Of a DNA stretch of 64,000 nt, positions 44,751-55,567 are shown in pieces. Every line of letters begins with the position of its first letter. Position 1 is the first letter of the stretch. The DNA is taken from contig JAICWR010000002.1 in NCBI GenBank assembly GCA_025934715.1, positions 152 through 64,151 of the forward strand. Direction: 5' to 3'. Below the pieces are notes generated by a model. It saw only the letters and a list, made by a program, of their open reading frames with translations, did not search any database and was not told where the DNA came from. This stretch comes from Candidatus Saccharimonadota bacterium (lineage in GTDB: Bacteria > Patescibacteriota > Saccharimonadia > Saccharimonadales > UBA10212). The position numbers and the translations under genes are program-made.

Positions 44751-46200
44751 TTGCGAACTCTACCGCCCTTGTTTCTCTTATGACGTTGACTTTGATTGTA
44801 CCGGGGTACTGCATCGTTGATTCAATTTTGTTGGCGATGTCGCGGGCCAGCCGGATGGCCGATAGGTCGTCGACTGACTTTGGCTGGACAAACACCCGGA
44901 CTTCGCGGCCGGCGCTGATGGCGTAGGCCTTCTCGATGCCATCAAAACCGAGCGCGGTGTTTTCCAAATCTTTCATGCGCTCGGCAAAGTTCTCGGCGCT
45001 GACATTGCGAGCGCCGGGCCGGGCTCCCGAGATAGCATCTACTACCCGCACAATCAGCCCCTCCACACTGGTCGAGTCCATATCGTCGTGGTGCTGCTCG
45101 GCAGCTGCGGCGACTTCCTCGGGGGCTCCATATTTGCGCAGCATTTCACCGCTGATGTGGTGGTGTTTACCTTCGACTTTATGGCTAAGCGCCTTACCCA
45201 TGTCATGCGTCAGGGCGGCATACTTGGCGGTTTTAACGTCGGCCCCCAGTTCCTCGGCTAGCACTCCGGCCAGCTGGGCCATTTCGACCGAATGTTTAAG
45301 TACGTTCTGGCCGTAGCTGGTGCGATACTTCAGTTCGCCCATCAGCTGCAGGATTTCCTTAGGTATGCCAACCAGCCCAACTTCGCGGGCGGCGTCTTCG
45401 CCAGCCCGGACGACGTCTTTTTGGACCTGTTTTTGGGCTTTTTCGACGATCTCTTCGATCCGGCCGGGGTGCACCCGCCCATCCTTAAGCAGCATCTCCA
45501 TAGTCTGGCGGGCAATCTCGCGCCGCACCGGGTCGAAACTGGACAGCACGATCATGCCGGGAGTTTCATCGACTAAAATATCGACGCCGGTGGCCCGCTG
45601 TAGCGCCTGGATGTTGCGGCCTTCTTTGCCGATGATACGGCCTTTCATTTCTTCGTCATCCAGTTTCACAGCCGTGACTGTGCGCTCGGCTGTCACTTCG
45701 CTGGCCATCCGTTCCATGGTTGTGGCCAAAATCACGGCTGCTTGCCCTTCGGCATCTTCTCTGGCTTCGTTTTGCAATTTGTTAACCAAACCAAGCAGGT
45801 CGTTTTTAATGTCGCGCTCAGTCATGGCCATCAGTTTCTCGGTGGCTTCAGCTTTTGTAAGCTTAGCGATTTTCTCCAGCTTTTCCTGTTGCTTGCCGCG
45901 TATCTCGCGGATTTCATTTTTAAGATCTTCGACCTCGCCTTCGCTTTTGCGAAGAACTTCTGTGCGCTTGTCTAGGTTGTCTAGCTTTTTATCTAGTGAT
46001 TCCTGGCGAGACAATAAGCGGTTTTCAATTTCTTTTAGTTCGCTTCTGCGTTTTTGCTCGTCTTTCTTAACTTCTTCGATCCGCTTTGCCGCGTCTTCCT
46101 CGGCTTTTTTAATTGCCTCAGCCGCGTCTTTTTTAGTCTGGACCAGTTCTTTTTTAATTTCGTCAATAACCTTACCGGTAAATAAATCCAGTAGTGCCAT
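44746..46200 (-). CDS. rny: Ribonuclease Y
   Basis: Coiled-coil N-terminus, KH domain (GKEGRNIQALQRATGVDI), HD domain (LKHSVEMAQLAGVLAEELG...LTHDMGKAL). Confidence 0.85.
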   Translation of the reverse strand: MALLDLFTGKVIDEIKKELVQTKKDAAEAIKKAEEDAAKRIEEVKKDEQKRRSELKEIENRLLSRQESLDKKLDNLDKRTEVLRKSEGEVEDLKNEIREIRGKQQEKLEKIAKLTKAEATEKLMAMTERDIKNDLLGLVNKLQNEAREDAEGQAAVILATTMERMASEVTAERTVTAVKLDDEEMKGRIIGKEGRNIQALQRATGVDILVDETPGMIVLSSFDPVRREIARQTMEMLLKDGRVHPGRIEEIVEKAQKQVQKDVVRAGEDAAREVGLVGIPKEILQLMGELKYRTSYGQNVLKHSVEMAQLAGVLAEELGADVKTAKYAALTHDMGKALSHKVEGKHHHISGEMLRKYGAPEEVAAAAEQHHDDMDSTSVEGLIVRVVDAISGARPGARNVSAENFAERMKDLENTALGFDGIEKAYAISAGREVRVFVQPKSVDDLSAIRLARDIANKIESTMQYPGTIKVNVIRETRAVEFAK

Positions 46201-46400
46201 ATAGTCCTCCTCTTAAAGAAGACCTTTCGTCTGTCCTAGTTTTTGGCGATCACTATCACTTCTTTAGCTAAAATACCGGACAGTTTAGGGTTTTCAGATA
46301 TTAGTAAAATTGAACGGATTTATCCTTGTCCGCCAAAATTTTTTAAAATTTCGGCGGCCCAAAACTCACTTCAAAATCCAAAAATATAATATCACGATTC

Positions 46401-46793
46401 TCACTTTTTAGGCTGAGTGGTACGGGGCGGCGCGCCATATTGCAGGGTCGCGATTTTATCATTCTTGCCGGCTTGTAAATCTTTTATGGATTTTTCCAGC
46501 CAGTTTTTGCCGCCGCGGGACACGATGGGAATAGCCTGCGAATAGGCCAGGGCATTCGCCACGCTCACGCCTATTCTCAGTCCGGTGAAACTGCCCGGGC
46601 CTTTAAAGACAGCCAGCCCGTGCAGGTCTTTATAGGAAATACTTGACTTGTTAAGTATTTCTTCGATTTTGCCGTTGAGGGTTTCGGCTAGCTTTAAGTG
46701 GGCCTGCCACTTTAACGCGTTTATTTTCTTTTTACCTTCATATACATATAGTTCAGCTTCAGGTTGGTCGGTGCGAATAGCCAGGACCATCAT
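46401..46793 (-). CDS. tsaB: tRNA threonylcarbamoyladenosine biosynthesis protein TsaB, short form
   Basis: 'LAIRTDQPEAELYVY', 'GPGSFTGLRIGVSVANALA'; only about 130 aa. Confidence 0.7.
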   Translation of the reverse strand: MMVLAIRTDQPEAELYVYEGKKKINALKWQAHLKLAETLNGKIEEILNKSSISYKDLHGLAVFKGPGSFTGLRIGVSVANALAYSQAIPIVSRGGKNWLEKSIKDLQAGKNDKIATLQYGAPPRTTQPKK

Positions 46794-47275
46794 GGTTCAA
46801 CCTCCTGCCAAGCAGTCTCCATCGCAGCAAACACCTCCCTTTCGCTCTCGGGGTAGCTAAAAGTTATCCGTCGTTCTTCGGAGTTGCCGCTAGCCGGCTT
46901 TAGTTCGATGCTGATACGCCCCTCGGGAAGCACATTCGCAGCAATATCAGCCCATTCAACCACGGTCACAGTTTGGCTGCTGCTGATTGATTCGGCCAGC
47001 TGGTCAGCCATCACACCAGCGTCATTCAGCCTATAGAAATCGAAGTGATTGATTGTGAATTCCGGCGCCTGATAAACCCGGCTGAGAGTGAAGGTTGGGC
47101 TGGCGACCTTTGCTTTGCTGCCGGCGCCGCGCGCCAGGCCTTTGACAAAAGTCGTCTTGCCGCCGCCCAGGTCCGAGCGCAATTCTATGGCCTCCCCGCC
47201 TTTTAGCCGCTCACCCAGCAGTTCGCCGAGCTTCTCGGTTTCGGCGGAGCTTGTAGAAGAAGTTTCCCAAATCAT
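46790..47275 (-). CDS. tsaE: tRNA threonylcarbamoyladenosine biosynthesis ATPase TsaE
   Basis: 'LRSDLGGGKTTFVKGLARG', 'SPTFTL', 'HFDFYRL'. Start placed at MIWETS; the longer ORF extends into the upstream gene. Confidence 0.75.
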   Translation of the reverse strand: MIWETSSTSSAETEKLGELLGERLKGGEAIELRSDLGGGKTTFVKGLARGAGSKAKVASPTFTLSRVYQAPEFTINHFDFYRLNDAGVMADQLAESISSSQTVTVVEWADIAANVLPEGRISIELKPASGNSEERRITFSYPESEREVFAAMETAWQEVEP

Positions 47276-48584
47276 GGCGGTACTCATATACGGCATATAG
47301 TAAGGCGACAGCCCCGACGCCGGCAAGCACCAGCGGATGCATTCGGACAGCACTTGGAGTTCCGCCGCCCGGACCAGTATTCGTAGCGGCCGCCAGTACG
47401 GAGCCTTTTTTAGTGGACGAGCCACTGCCAGACGGGGCGCCGGACTTATTAGCCGGCGTGCTGACGAGATTGGCTTTTCCGGGCGTGGGCGTAGTTGTCC
47501 ATTGCCAAAGCCCACCGGCGCTCACCCAGGCGTAGTCGTCTTTCGCTCCTGTGTATTCATCTGTCTTATTAAGTACGTTCCCGGCCGGATCTAGCAATTT
47601 GACCTGCCCGTCACTGTTGCTTAGGCTGAGGTTGGTGTCTGATGAATAAAAGGCCGTGAATTGTTTGGGCTCGATGGTAGTACCATCCGGAAAAGTATAT
47701 TTATGTATGGTCGTGGTCCCAACCTGCAGAATGAACCCGCTTAAATCGAAGGGCTTGGCGTTGGAGTTATAAAGCTCAATGAACTCATCATTGGCATCGG
47801 TCTTCGGTGAGGCCGGGTTGGGCACAACTTCAGAAATCTGCGGCGCTTTTAAATCGGAATCGTCGGCCGGGATTGAACTCAATGTAGCTGACGCGGTGTT
47901 AACCGTGTAAGGAATGGGGGCAGAACCTGGCGCCAGAGACCCGCCGCCCAACGACCCGGAGGTCTGAGAAGGGCTGCAGGGCGAGTTGCCGTTAAGCTGC
48001 TTGACGCTCTGCCAGCCACCGTCCCCTGGAATTTGTATAAGCGACAGTTTTGATGAGCCGCCCGGCGCCTGGCGCTGTAAAAACGAACTGGCGTCGGCGG
48101 GCAGGGCTTGCGCCCCGGGAACCAATTTCTTAGACCAGCCGACATAGTCATCCAGGACACTGACCACGTGCGGGCTGTCGCCAAGATAGTGGCTGACCTG
48201 CAAGAAGCCGGCGGTTGTTGACAGGCCTAGCGACACCGAATTAACAGTCATCTGGTAGCAAGCCTGGATAGCGCCGTCGTTGACCACTGCATAGCCGTGG
48301 GGCGACAGCTGGCCGGTCAGTTTTACCAGCTTACTGCTGGTGGCCGACGCCAAATCATAATTGTTGAAGTACTGCAGCTGGATATTATTCAGGTCAATAG
48401 TGCCAGCCGTGTTGTTATAAAGCGTGATGAACTGGCCGTCGCTGGAGGTCACCTTAACCTGAGCGATAACCAGCTCCGGGCCCACCGGCGCCGATTCAGC
48501 TAACTTTATGCTCTTCCACCACCAAAAGCCGGCCGTGAGAAGAAACAATAGCAGTACTACAAAATATTTTCTCATTTGTATCAA
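47211..48584 (-). CDS. Lamin-tail-domain (LTD) protein with signal peptide and C-terminal TM anchor
   Basis: Two LTD-like segments ('VIAQVKVTSSDGQFITLYNNTAGTIDLNNIQLQYF' and 'ISEVVPNPASP...DEFIELYNSNAKPFDLSGFILQ'); C-terminal TM 'LVLAGVGAVALLYAVY'. Confidence 0.6.
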   Translation of the reverse strand: MIQMRKYFVVLLLFLLTAGFWWWKSIKLAESAPVGPELVIAQVKVTSSDGQFITLYNNTAGTIDLNNIQLQYFNNYDLASATSSKLVKLTGQLSPHGYAVVNDGAIQACYQMTVNSVSLGLSTTAGFLQVSHYLGDSPHVVSVLDDYVGWSKKLVPGAQALPADASSFLQRQAPGGSSKLSLIQIPGDGGWQSVKQLNGNSPCSPSQTSGSLGGGSLAPGSAPIPYTVNTASATLSSIPADDSDLKAPQISEVVPNPASPKTDANDEFIELYNSNAKPFDLSGFILQVGTTTIHKYTFPDGTTIEPKQFTAFYSSDTNLSLSNSDGQVKLLDPAGNVLNKTDEYTGAKDDYAWVSAGGLWQWTTTPTPGKANLVSTPANKSGAPSGSGSSTKKGSVLAAATNTGPGGGTPSAVRMHPLVLAGVGAVALLYAVYEYRHDLGNFFYKLRRNREARRTAG

Positions 48585-49217
48585 TTATATCCCCTTGAAA
48601 CCTCAGAGAAAGTGCCTGTGCTAAAAACCGCTGGTGATATAAATCGTAGCAGCTCCAGCACTCTGAAGTTATACTTAGGCTTAATTATGCTGATGCTTAG
48701 TAAAGGCCTGCTTAACCAGCCGGTCATAAGCTTGAGGTCGGGCGGCCAGATCGCCACGGCGCTCGAGCCGGTCATCAATCCCCATAATCTTAAGGTCCTG
48801 GGCTGGTGGTGCGAAGGGCCCGGCGGCCGGCGGGAAGTGCTGCTGGTGGATGATGTCCGTCAGACGATGCCCAATGGCCTGGCCGTGAATGACGAATCAG
48901 ATTTAAGCTTGCCCGAAGATTTGGTGCGGCATGGCGAAATCCTAAACACCCGTTTTCAGCTACTGGAAAAACCAGTCAAAACCAAGCGCCAAAGGCTGGG
49001 CAAAGTCAGCGACTATAGTTATAACGAGGGGATGTTTGTCCAAAAGCTATATGTAGCGCGGCCGCTACACAAGGTGTTCACGTCTGACGACACTTTAATT
49101 ATCGACCGTACCCAGATCTTGGAGGTCACCGACCATTACATCCTGGTGCGCGACACTGAGATAAAGGCTACGGCCGAGGAAGTTGCCAGAGCCGGCGCCG
49201 CTGTGCCCTCCGGATAA
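48576..49217 (+). CDS. PRC-barrel domain protein
   Basis: Two PRC-like segments (LLNQPVISLRSGGQIATALEPVINP..., LLEKPVKTKRQRLGKVSDYSYNEGMFVQKLYV); the start may be internal. Confidence 0.45.
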   Translation: MYQLYPLETSEKVPVLKTAGDINRSSSSTLKLYLGLIMLMLSKGLLNQPVISLRSGGQIATALEPVINPHNLKVLGWWCEGPGGRREVLLVDDVRQTMPNGLAVNDESDLSLPEDLVRHGEILNTRFQLLEKPVKTKRQRLGKVSDYSYNEGMFVQKLYVARPLHKVFTSDDTLIIDRTQILEVTDHYILVRDTEIKATAEEVARAGAAVPSG

Positions 49218-49231
49218 AATCACTTAACTTG

Positions 49232-49843
49232 TTAGGTATCTTCGCGGTCTGATAAAAGCTCCTGTTTAACCAGGTTCCAGCTGAATCCTTGACCCGTTAA
49301 GTATTTGGCGAGCTTGTTAGGGTCGTTTTTATAGCGGCTAAGTTTGGCCTTCTTCTCTATCACTGATTTTAGCCGCTGTTCTTCCCCGCCGGCATTTTGC
49401 GACATTGTTTCGTCGGCCAGCTCCCGCCCGATGCCTTTTTTGAACAATTCGGCCCGAATAGCCCGGTCGCTCTTGCCGCGGCGGGCCTGCAGTTCTGTGA
49501 ACCACTCCGCGAATTTAGCGTTATCTAAATAACCCTTTTCAGTCATCTCTTTAACCAGGCCGTCGATCTGCTCCGGTTCGATTTTTTTGCGGAATAAGTA
49601 ATCGCGGAATTCGCGCTCCGAATGCGGCCGGTTCATCAGCCATTCGAGCGCCCGGGCTCTAAGCTTGCCATCGGCACTGATTTTTTTAAATTGTTTGACT
49701 TCAGGCCCATCCAGTTCATCATCATTCTTGAGCTTATGCTTCACCAACTCGTCCAGGCTTAATGAGAACTCGTACCTACCATCAATGAAGATGCTGACCC
49801 GCTCCGGGTTCTTAACTTGCTGCTTGATAGCGGTTATTTTCAT
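49232..49843 (-). CDS. recX: Regulatory protein RecX
   Basis: RecX three-repeat helical pattern (ALEWLMNRPHSEREFRDYLFRKKI...); located immediately downstream of recA. Confidence 0.7.
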   Translation of the reverse strand: MKITAIKQQVKNPERVSIFIDGRYEFSLSLDELVKHKLKNDDELDGPEVKQFKKISADGKLRARALEWLMNRPHSEREFRDYLFRKKIEPEQIDGLVKEMTEKGYLDNAKFAEWFTELQARRGKSDRAIRAELFKKGIGRELADETMSQNAGGEEQRLKSVIEKKAKLSRYKNDPNKLAKYLTGQGFSWNLVKQELLSDREDT

Positions 49844-49846
49844 GGG

Positions 49847-50302
49847 CTAATGCTGAATGTGAAGAATTAGAAAAACCATCAGCGCGAACCAGATGGCCTC
49901 AACATATATACCCCGGCTGGTCTCGCTTAATTGGATCCATAGATGCCACCGCCGTAACTTATTGATTAGACTTTTCTTATTCCCTTTGATGGAAGGTTTG
50001 CCCCTGACATAAAATCTCAGCCACATCGAATCTGGGAGTATGGCCAGCAAACCGCCCGTGATTATCAGCCAGGCCTTGGCGTCGACGAAAAGTGTCAGGA
50101 CAAACAGCAGCCAAACACTTAGAATCAGGTCCATAACCATGATCACTTGCTTGGCCCGCAAACCGCCGGGCACTTTATAGTCCCAATGCGGTATGACATC
50201 AATAGCGAAATGGCTGAGCAGGGCTGCCGGCAGGGCGATCGCTGGTTTATCAATAGCCGCAGCCACTAAAGCGCCGGTCATAGCATGGTTGAGCCCGGTC
50301 AT
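49847..50302 (-). CDS. YdjM/DUF457-family membrane-bound metal-dependent hydrolase-like protein
   Basis: 'MTGLNHAMTGALVAAAI... LLSHFAIDVIPH' parallels the E. coli YdjM N-terminus; three TM helices. Confidence 0.5.
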   Translation of the reverse strand: MTGLNHAMTGALVAAAIDKPAIALPAALLSHFAIDVIPHWDYKVPGGLRAKQVIMVMDLILSVWLLFVLTLFVDAKAWLIITGGLLAILPDSMWLRFYVRGKPSIKGNKKSLINKLRRWHLWIQLSETSRGIYVEAIWFALMVFLILHIQH

Positions 50303-50313
50303 AGATATATATT

Positions 50314-51336
50314 TTACTGGCTGGCTTGGGCGGTCTCAACCGTGGCTTTGGCGATTTCGCTGAAAACCTTGGGGTTTTCGGACAAATATTTTTTGGCGGC
50401 TTCGCGCCCCTGGGCGATTTTTTCGCCTTTATATTCGTACCAGGCGCCGGACTTTTGGACAATGTCGTGGGCGGCGGCCAGATCAATAAGGTCGCCCTCT
50501 TTGCTGATGCCCTGGTTATACATGATGTCGAACTCGGCTTCGCGGAACGGCGGCGCCACTTTATTTTTAACGATTTTGACTCGGACGTGGTTACCAATCA
50601 CGCTGTCGCCCTGTTTGATCTGGCTGATGCGGCGGATGTCCATGCGGACAGAAGCGTAAAATTTCAGGGCGTTGCCGCCGGTGGTGGTCTCTGGGTTACC
50701 AAACATCACGCCGATTTTCATGCGCAGCTGGTTAACAAAGATGACTGTGGTTTTGCTGCGGTTGATTACACCAGTGAGCTTGCGCAAAGCCTGGCTCATC
50801 AGGCGGGCCTGCAGGCCCATGTGGGCGTCGCCCATGTCGCCTTCGATTTCGGCCTGGGGCACCAGCGCGGCCACTGAGTCCACCACGATGATATCGACGG
50901 CATTGGAGCGCACCAGCGTCTCGACGACTTCCAGCGCCTGCTCGCCGCTGTCGGGCTGGGAAATCAGCAGGTTTTCAACGTTCACGCCCAGGCGTTTGGC
51001 GTAAGCCGGGTCCAAGGCGTGCTCGGCGTCAACATAGGCCGCGGTGCCGCCGGCTTTTTGGACTTCGGCCACGGCATGCAGGCAAACGGTCGTCTTACCA
51101 GAACTCTCCGGCCCGTAAATTTCAATAATCCGGCCTTTAGGAATACCGCCGCCCAGTGCTAAATCTAAGCTGATAGAGCCAGAAGGTATCGTCTCCACAT
51201 TCACGGCATGGGCCTCTCCCAGTCGCATAATACTGCCCTTACCGAATTGCTTCTCGATCTGGTCAACGGCCAACTGCAGCGCCTGGCTCTTGCCGCTGCC
51301 GGCCGCCGGGGCGTCTTTAACCTTCTTCTCTGCCAT
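50314..51336 (-). CDS. recA: Recombinase RecA
   Basis: '[14 protein letters not shown]' Walker A, '[20 protein letters not shown]', '[12 protein letters not shown]', L2 loop. Confidence 0.95.
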   Translation of the reverse strand: MAEKKVKDAPAAGSGKSQALQLAVDQIEKQFGKGSIMRLGEAHAVNVETIPSGSISLDLALGGGIPKGRIIEIYGPESSGKTTVCLHAVAEVQKAGGTAAYVDAEHALDPAYAKRLGVNVENLLISQPDSGEQALEVVETLVRSNAVDIIVVDSVAALVPQAEIEGDMGDAHMGLQARLMSQALRKLTGVINRSKTTVIFVNQLRMKIGVMFGNPETTTGGNALKFYASVRMDIRRISQIKQGDSVIGNHVRVKIVKNKVAPPFREAEFDIMYNQGISKEGDLIDLAAAHDIVQKSGAWYEYKGEKIAQGREAAKKYLSENPKVFSEIAKATVETAQASQ

Positions 51337-51402
51337 TTCTTCCTCCTACCTCAGACAAATATTCTACATATAGTATATCAGCCCTAACAGTTTAGAAACT
51401 CC

Positions 51403-53253
51403 TTGCGTTTATTTCTGTATTCTTTTCTCAATTCATTTATACTTATGCTTATGCGTATTAGCGACGCTCTAGTGATTACATTGCTAAAGGAGAGTCGTAA
51501 AGTTACCGATGAGCAGATCCATGGTCTGCTTGAACAGGAAAAAACCGAAAAAAAACCACTGCAGGACATCGTCATCAAAAACAATGTCCTGCCCGAAGCC
51601 GACCTGACTAAACTTTACGCCGCCAAGATCGACGTTCCGTTCGTTGAGCTGGTGCCCCGAAACCTGCGCAAAGAAGTGTTCGGGTTGATCCCCGAGCATA
51701 TCGCCCGGCAATATAATGCTGTTTTGTTCGATGTCAAACCCGACGGCACGCGGTACCTGGCAATGGAAGACCCGGATGACATCCAGGCCTTCAGTTTCCT
51801 GCAAAAACAGTTGGGCTCCAATATAAGGCTGTTCATAGCCACCCGGTCCAATATCCTCTCGGCCCTGGACCAGTACCGGACAAACATCGGCAGCGAACTG
51901 ACCCAAGTGATTGCCGATAATGAAACCGGCGCACAGGCGCCCGAAGAAGAGGTGTCTGAAGCAGAAGTCGCCGAAGACAGCCCGGTGGCCAAAACCGTCA
52001 ACCTGATAATCGAATACGCTATTAAGCAAGGCGCTAGTGACATACACATCGAGCCGCATGAAGATTTCGTGTCAATCCGCTACCGCATCGATGGCCAGCT
52101 GCGCGAGACTAACCGGCTGCCTAAGAAAATCATCTCCGCGCTGGTCAGCCGCATCAAAATCCTGTCCAACTTGAAAATCGATGAACGCCGGGCGCCGCAA
52201 GACGGACGGTTTAAGGTGGCGTTCGGCAGCGGTGAGTACGCCCTGCGCGTCAGCACCCTGCCGATTGTCGACGGTGAAAAAGTCGTGATGCGTATCTTGG
52301 ATGAATCAACCCGCGCCTCATCACTTAAGGAGCTGGGGTTTTGGGGAAAGAACCTTGAATCGCTCGAGAAAGCTCTGACCAGCCCCCATGGAATGATACT
52401 GTTCACCGGCCCGACCGGTTCCGGAAAGAGCACGAGCCTATTCAGCATCTTAAGCCGGCTGAACCAGCCGTCAGTGAACATCAGCACCGTGGAAGACCCG
52501 GTGGAGTACAAGATACCAGGCGTGAACCAGGTGCAGGTCAACCCGCAAGCCGGCATGACTTTTGCCAACGGGCTGCGGGCTCTGTTGCGCCAGGACCCGA
52601 ATATCATCATGGTTGGCGAGATCCGCGACAGTGAAACCGCCAATCTGGCTATCCAGGCCGCCTTGACCGGGCACCTGGTTTTTTCAACCCTTCACACCAA
52701 CAATGCCTCCACCGCGCTGCCCCGCTTGCTGGACATGGGTATCGAACCGTTCTTGATCGCCAGCACCATGCGGGCGGTCATCGCCCAGCGCCTGGTGCGC
52801 CGACTTGTCCCTGAAAACACCGAAATCTATCACCCGGATGAAACCACCGTCAAGCGGATCCGCACAGCCTTCGGCCTTAACGATTCAGCGTCGATGGACC
52901 GCATCCATAAGCTGGAACAGCAGTTCGTCCAATCCGATTTGGATATGGTGCTTAACAGCTCCAAGCCCATAGCCCACGCCGAACCCTCTAGCAACGGACA
53001 GACCATCAGTAAGCTGTGGCGGCTGAAAGGCCAAAGCGGTGCGACTTCCTTCCGCGGCCGGCTGGGAATATATGAAGTTTTGCCGATCAGCCTGCCTATC
53101 CAGAAACTTATCATCGGCGGCGCGCCGAGCGAGGAAATCCAGGTCGAAGCCATCAAAGAAGGTATGATATCCATGCAGACCGATGGTTTGATCAAAGCCT
53201 TGCAGGGCCAGACTACCCTTGAAGAAATAATGAGAGTGACCAGCGAGCGGTAA
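51403..53253 (+). CDS. pilB: Type IV pilus assembly ATPase PilB (GspE family)
   Basis: N1/N2 domains; 'MILFTGPTGSGKSTSL' Walker A; 'VGEIRDSETANLAIQAALTGHLVFSTLHTNNA'. Confidence 0.9.
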   Translation: MRLFLYSFLNSFILMLMRISDALVITLLKESRKVTDEQIHGLLEQEKTEKKPLQDIVIKNNVLPEADLTKLYAAKIDVPFVELVPRNLRKEVFGLIPEHIARQYNAVLFDVKPDGTRYLAMEDPDDIQAFSFLQKQLGSNIRLFIATRSNILSALDQYRTNIGSELTQVIADNETGAQAPEEEVSEAEVAEDSPVAKTVNLIIEYAIKQGASDIHIEPHEDFVSIRYRIDGQLRETNRLPKKIISALVSRIKILSNLKIDERRAPQDGRFKVAFGSGEYALRVSTLPIVDGEKVVMRILDESTRASSLKELGFWGKNLESLEKALTSPHGMILFTGPTGSGKSTSLFSILSRLNQPSVNISTVEDPVEYKIPGVNQVQVNPQAGMTFANGLRALLRQDPNIIMVGEIRDSETANLAIQAALTGHLVFSTLHTNNASTALPRLLDMGIEPFLIASTMRAVIAQRLVRRLVPENTEIYHPDETTVKRIRTAFGLNDSASMDRIHKLEQQFVQSDLDMVLNSSKPIAHAEPSSNGQTISKLWRLKGQSGATSFRGRLGIYEVLPISLPIQKLIIGGAPSEEIQVEAIKEGMISMQTDGLIKALQGQTTLEEIMRVTSER

Positions 53254-53254
53254 A

Positions 53255-54475
53255 ATGGCAGTTTATTCTTACAGCGCTTTAAACAATCAGGGGCAGCATG
53301 TCAGCGGCACAATCACTGCCACCAACCGCGATGAAGCCGTCAAGAGCCTGCGCCAGCAGGGTAGCCACCCGCTGACGGTCAAAGAGGCCAAGCAGGCGGC
53401 CTTTAACTTGTCTCTTGGCAGTCGCAAGGTTAAAAGTAAGGATCTGGTGATTTTCACGCGCGAACTTTCAACCATGGTCAGCGCCGGAGTGGCTTTGCCC
53501 AAGATTTTGGACACCTTGGCCGGACAGGCCGAAAACAAATACTTTAAGGAGGTCATCACTGGCATCAACCACGACGTGGAAAGCGGCGCGCCGCTGGCCG
53601 ATGCCATGGCTAAATATCCAAATGTCTTCAGCGACGTTTACATCAACATGGTCCGGGCCGGCGAATCCGGCGGTATCTTAGATGAGATTTTAAAGCGGCT
53701 GGCCCGCCAGGAAGAAAAAGACGCCGCCATTAAAGCCAAGGTCAAAAGCGCCACGACGTATCCGATGGTTCTGCTGGCGATCACAGTCATCGCGTTCTTT
53801 ATCCTGACGGTTTTCGTGGTGCCCAAAATCGGGGCGCTGGTGCTGAATCTGGGCGGCCCGCACGCCAAACTACCGCCCCAAACCGTCGCCATGCTGGCTG
53901 TCAGCAAATTCATCCGCCACCAATGGTATTTGGTGTTGCTGATAATCGTCGGCGGGCCGCTATCTGTGAACCGCTGGCGCAAGACGCCTAAAGGCAAGCC
54001 CAGATTTGACGCGCTAATGCTAAGGGTGCCGATTTTCAAGACGATTGTCAGTAAAGTGGCCATCGCCCGCTTTGCCAGGACTTTCGCTTCACTGATGGGC
54101 GCCGGCGTCACCGTTTTGGAATCCCTCCAGGTCACCTCGCACGCCATCGGTAATTTTGTGATTGAGCAGGAACTGCTCAAAGCCTCCAGCGAAGTCCGGG
54201 AGGGCCGGCAGCTATCCCAGGCTTTGGCTAAAAGCCAACTGTTCCCGCCGATTGTCAGCCAGATGCTGGCAGTCGGTGAAGAAACCGGCAAGACCGATGA
54301 AGTGTTGGCTAAAGTCGCTGACTTCTATGAGGAAGAGGTTGATTCGGTCATCGATAGCTTGAGCTCCATTTTGGAGCCGATCATGATAGTCATAATGGGC
54401 AGCATGGTCGGCCTGATCGCCATAAGCGTCATTGGCCCGATCACCAGCTTGAACCAAACCTTGCAGCAGCAATAG
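53255..54475 (+). CDS. pilC: Type IV pilus platform protein PilC (GspF family)
   Basis: Two GspF repeats with three TM helices. Confidence 0.85.
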   Translation: MAVYSYSALNNQGQHVSGTITATNRDEAVKSLRQQGSHPLTVKEAKQAAFNLSLGSRKVKSKDLVIFTRELSTMVSAGVALPKILDTLAGQAENKYFKEVITGINHDVESGAPLADAMAKYPNVFSDVYINMVRAGESGGILDEILKRLARQEEKDAAIKAKVKSATTYPMVLLAITVIAFFILTVFVVPKIGALVLNLGGPHAKLPPQTVAMLAVSKFIRHQWYLVLLIIVGGPLSVNRWRKTPKGKPRFDALMLRVPIFKTIVSKVAIARFARTFASLMGAGVTVLESLQVTSHAIGNFVIEQELLKASSEVREGRQLSQALAKSQLFPPIVSQMLAVGEETGKTDEVLAKVADFYEEEVDSVIDSLSSILEPIMIVIMGSMVGLIAISVIGPITSLNQTLQQQ

Positions 54476-54495
54476 CCTGGCTGTTAAGCCATCTT

Positions 54496-54530
54496 AAACT
54501 TGACAGATAAGCGGGGTTTGTCGATAATCA
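54496..54530 (+). promoter_or_regulatory. Near-consensus sigma70 promoter for the major pilin gene
   Basis: TTGACA-17 bp-GATAAT (cTTGACAgataagcggggtttgtcGATAATcat); AAGGAGGG ribosome-binding site before the ATG at 54618. Confidence 0.6.
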
Positions 54531-54617
54531 TAAGCATTAAGCAAAAAACCTAGAATAAGAAGGTAATAAAAAGCTTAACTTCACGTAAGACAAGACCTTA
54601 AAGGAGGGTGGCATCTC

Positions 54618-55085
54618 ATGAAGTTAAAAACAATTAGAAACAGTAAGGGTTTCACGATCGTTGAACTCCTTATCGTAATCATCATCATCGGCATCCTGGC
54701 CGCCCTGGTGCTTAACAGCTTCCGCGGGGTGCAGGAACGGGCCCGTGATACCGAAAGGCAAACAGATATCAATGCCCAGCAATCACAGCTGGAAGTTTAC
54801 TTCACCGACAACGGCGAATATCCAACGTTGGCGAACGTGCAGGATGATGGCTGGATCAGCGGCAACTTGAAAGGGGCCGACCTGAACGCCTGGCGGGCAC
54901 CGAACCAAACCACAAACAGTGAAAACGGCACCGCAACCCCCACCAAGGACCAGTACGGTTACGTCGTGACCAACGACAGCGGCACTTCCTGTGACAACAC
55001 CACAGGCAACGAATGTGCCCACTATAAGCTGTACTACATGACCGAAAACAATCCCACAGTCAAAGAAAAAGACAGCCTGAACTAA
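54618..55085 (+). CDS. pilA: Type IV major pilin (prepilin-type N-terminal methylation domain)
   Basis: 'KGFTIVELLIVIIIIGILAALV' class III signal; C-terminal Cys pair. Confidence 0.85.
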   Translation: MKLKTIRNSKGFTIVELLIVIIIIGILAALVLNSFRGVQERARDTERQTDINAQQSQLEVYFTDNGEYPTLANVQDDGWISGNLKGADLNAWRAPNQTTNSENGTATPTKDQYGYVVTNDSGTSCDNTTGNECAHYKLYYMTENNPTVKEKDSLN

Positions 55086-55174
55086 GCCGGCCTGACGGCT
55101 AAGAACTCCCCTGCCAGTGCTCGCCAGGGGAGTTCTTATTAGGCCGGACCTGAGTTACTATTAACATAAGCCTT

Positions 55175-55567
55175 ATGAAAACAAACCGCCAGAGTGGGTT
55201 CACCGTCGTCGAACTGGTTGTGACTATAGTGGCCGCCGGCGTCATCATACCGGCCGTAGCCCTGGCGCTAGCGAATGTAATCGGCATTAATCACCGCGCC
55301 CGTGACCTAACTTTGGCCAGCAGCGTGGCCCAAACCGAAACAGAGACATTGCGTAGTGTCGGTTATAACAGCCTAAGCACCGGTACGACCAGTTTCACTG
55401 GCCAGCTGCCGGCAGCCATGGGCAGCCCTAAAAGCGCCAGTTACACCATCAGCGCTCCAGAAACCGGCGTGAAGCAGATCGATATCACCATTTCTTATAG
55501 CGACTACGGCGCTTCCCATACCTTCACTTACCGGTCCTATATCAGTGAGTTAGGGGTCGGCCAGTGA
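55175..55567 (+). CDS. Type IV minor pilin / pseudopilin
   Basis: 'SGFTVVELVVTIVAAGVII' prepilin motif. Confidence 0.75.
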   Translation: MKTNRQSGFTVVELVVTIVAAGVIIPAVALALANVIGINHRARDLTLASSVAQTETETLRSVGYNSLSTGTTSFTGQLPAAMGSPKSASYTISAPETGVKQIDITISYSDYGASHTFTYRSYISELGVGQ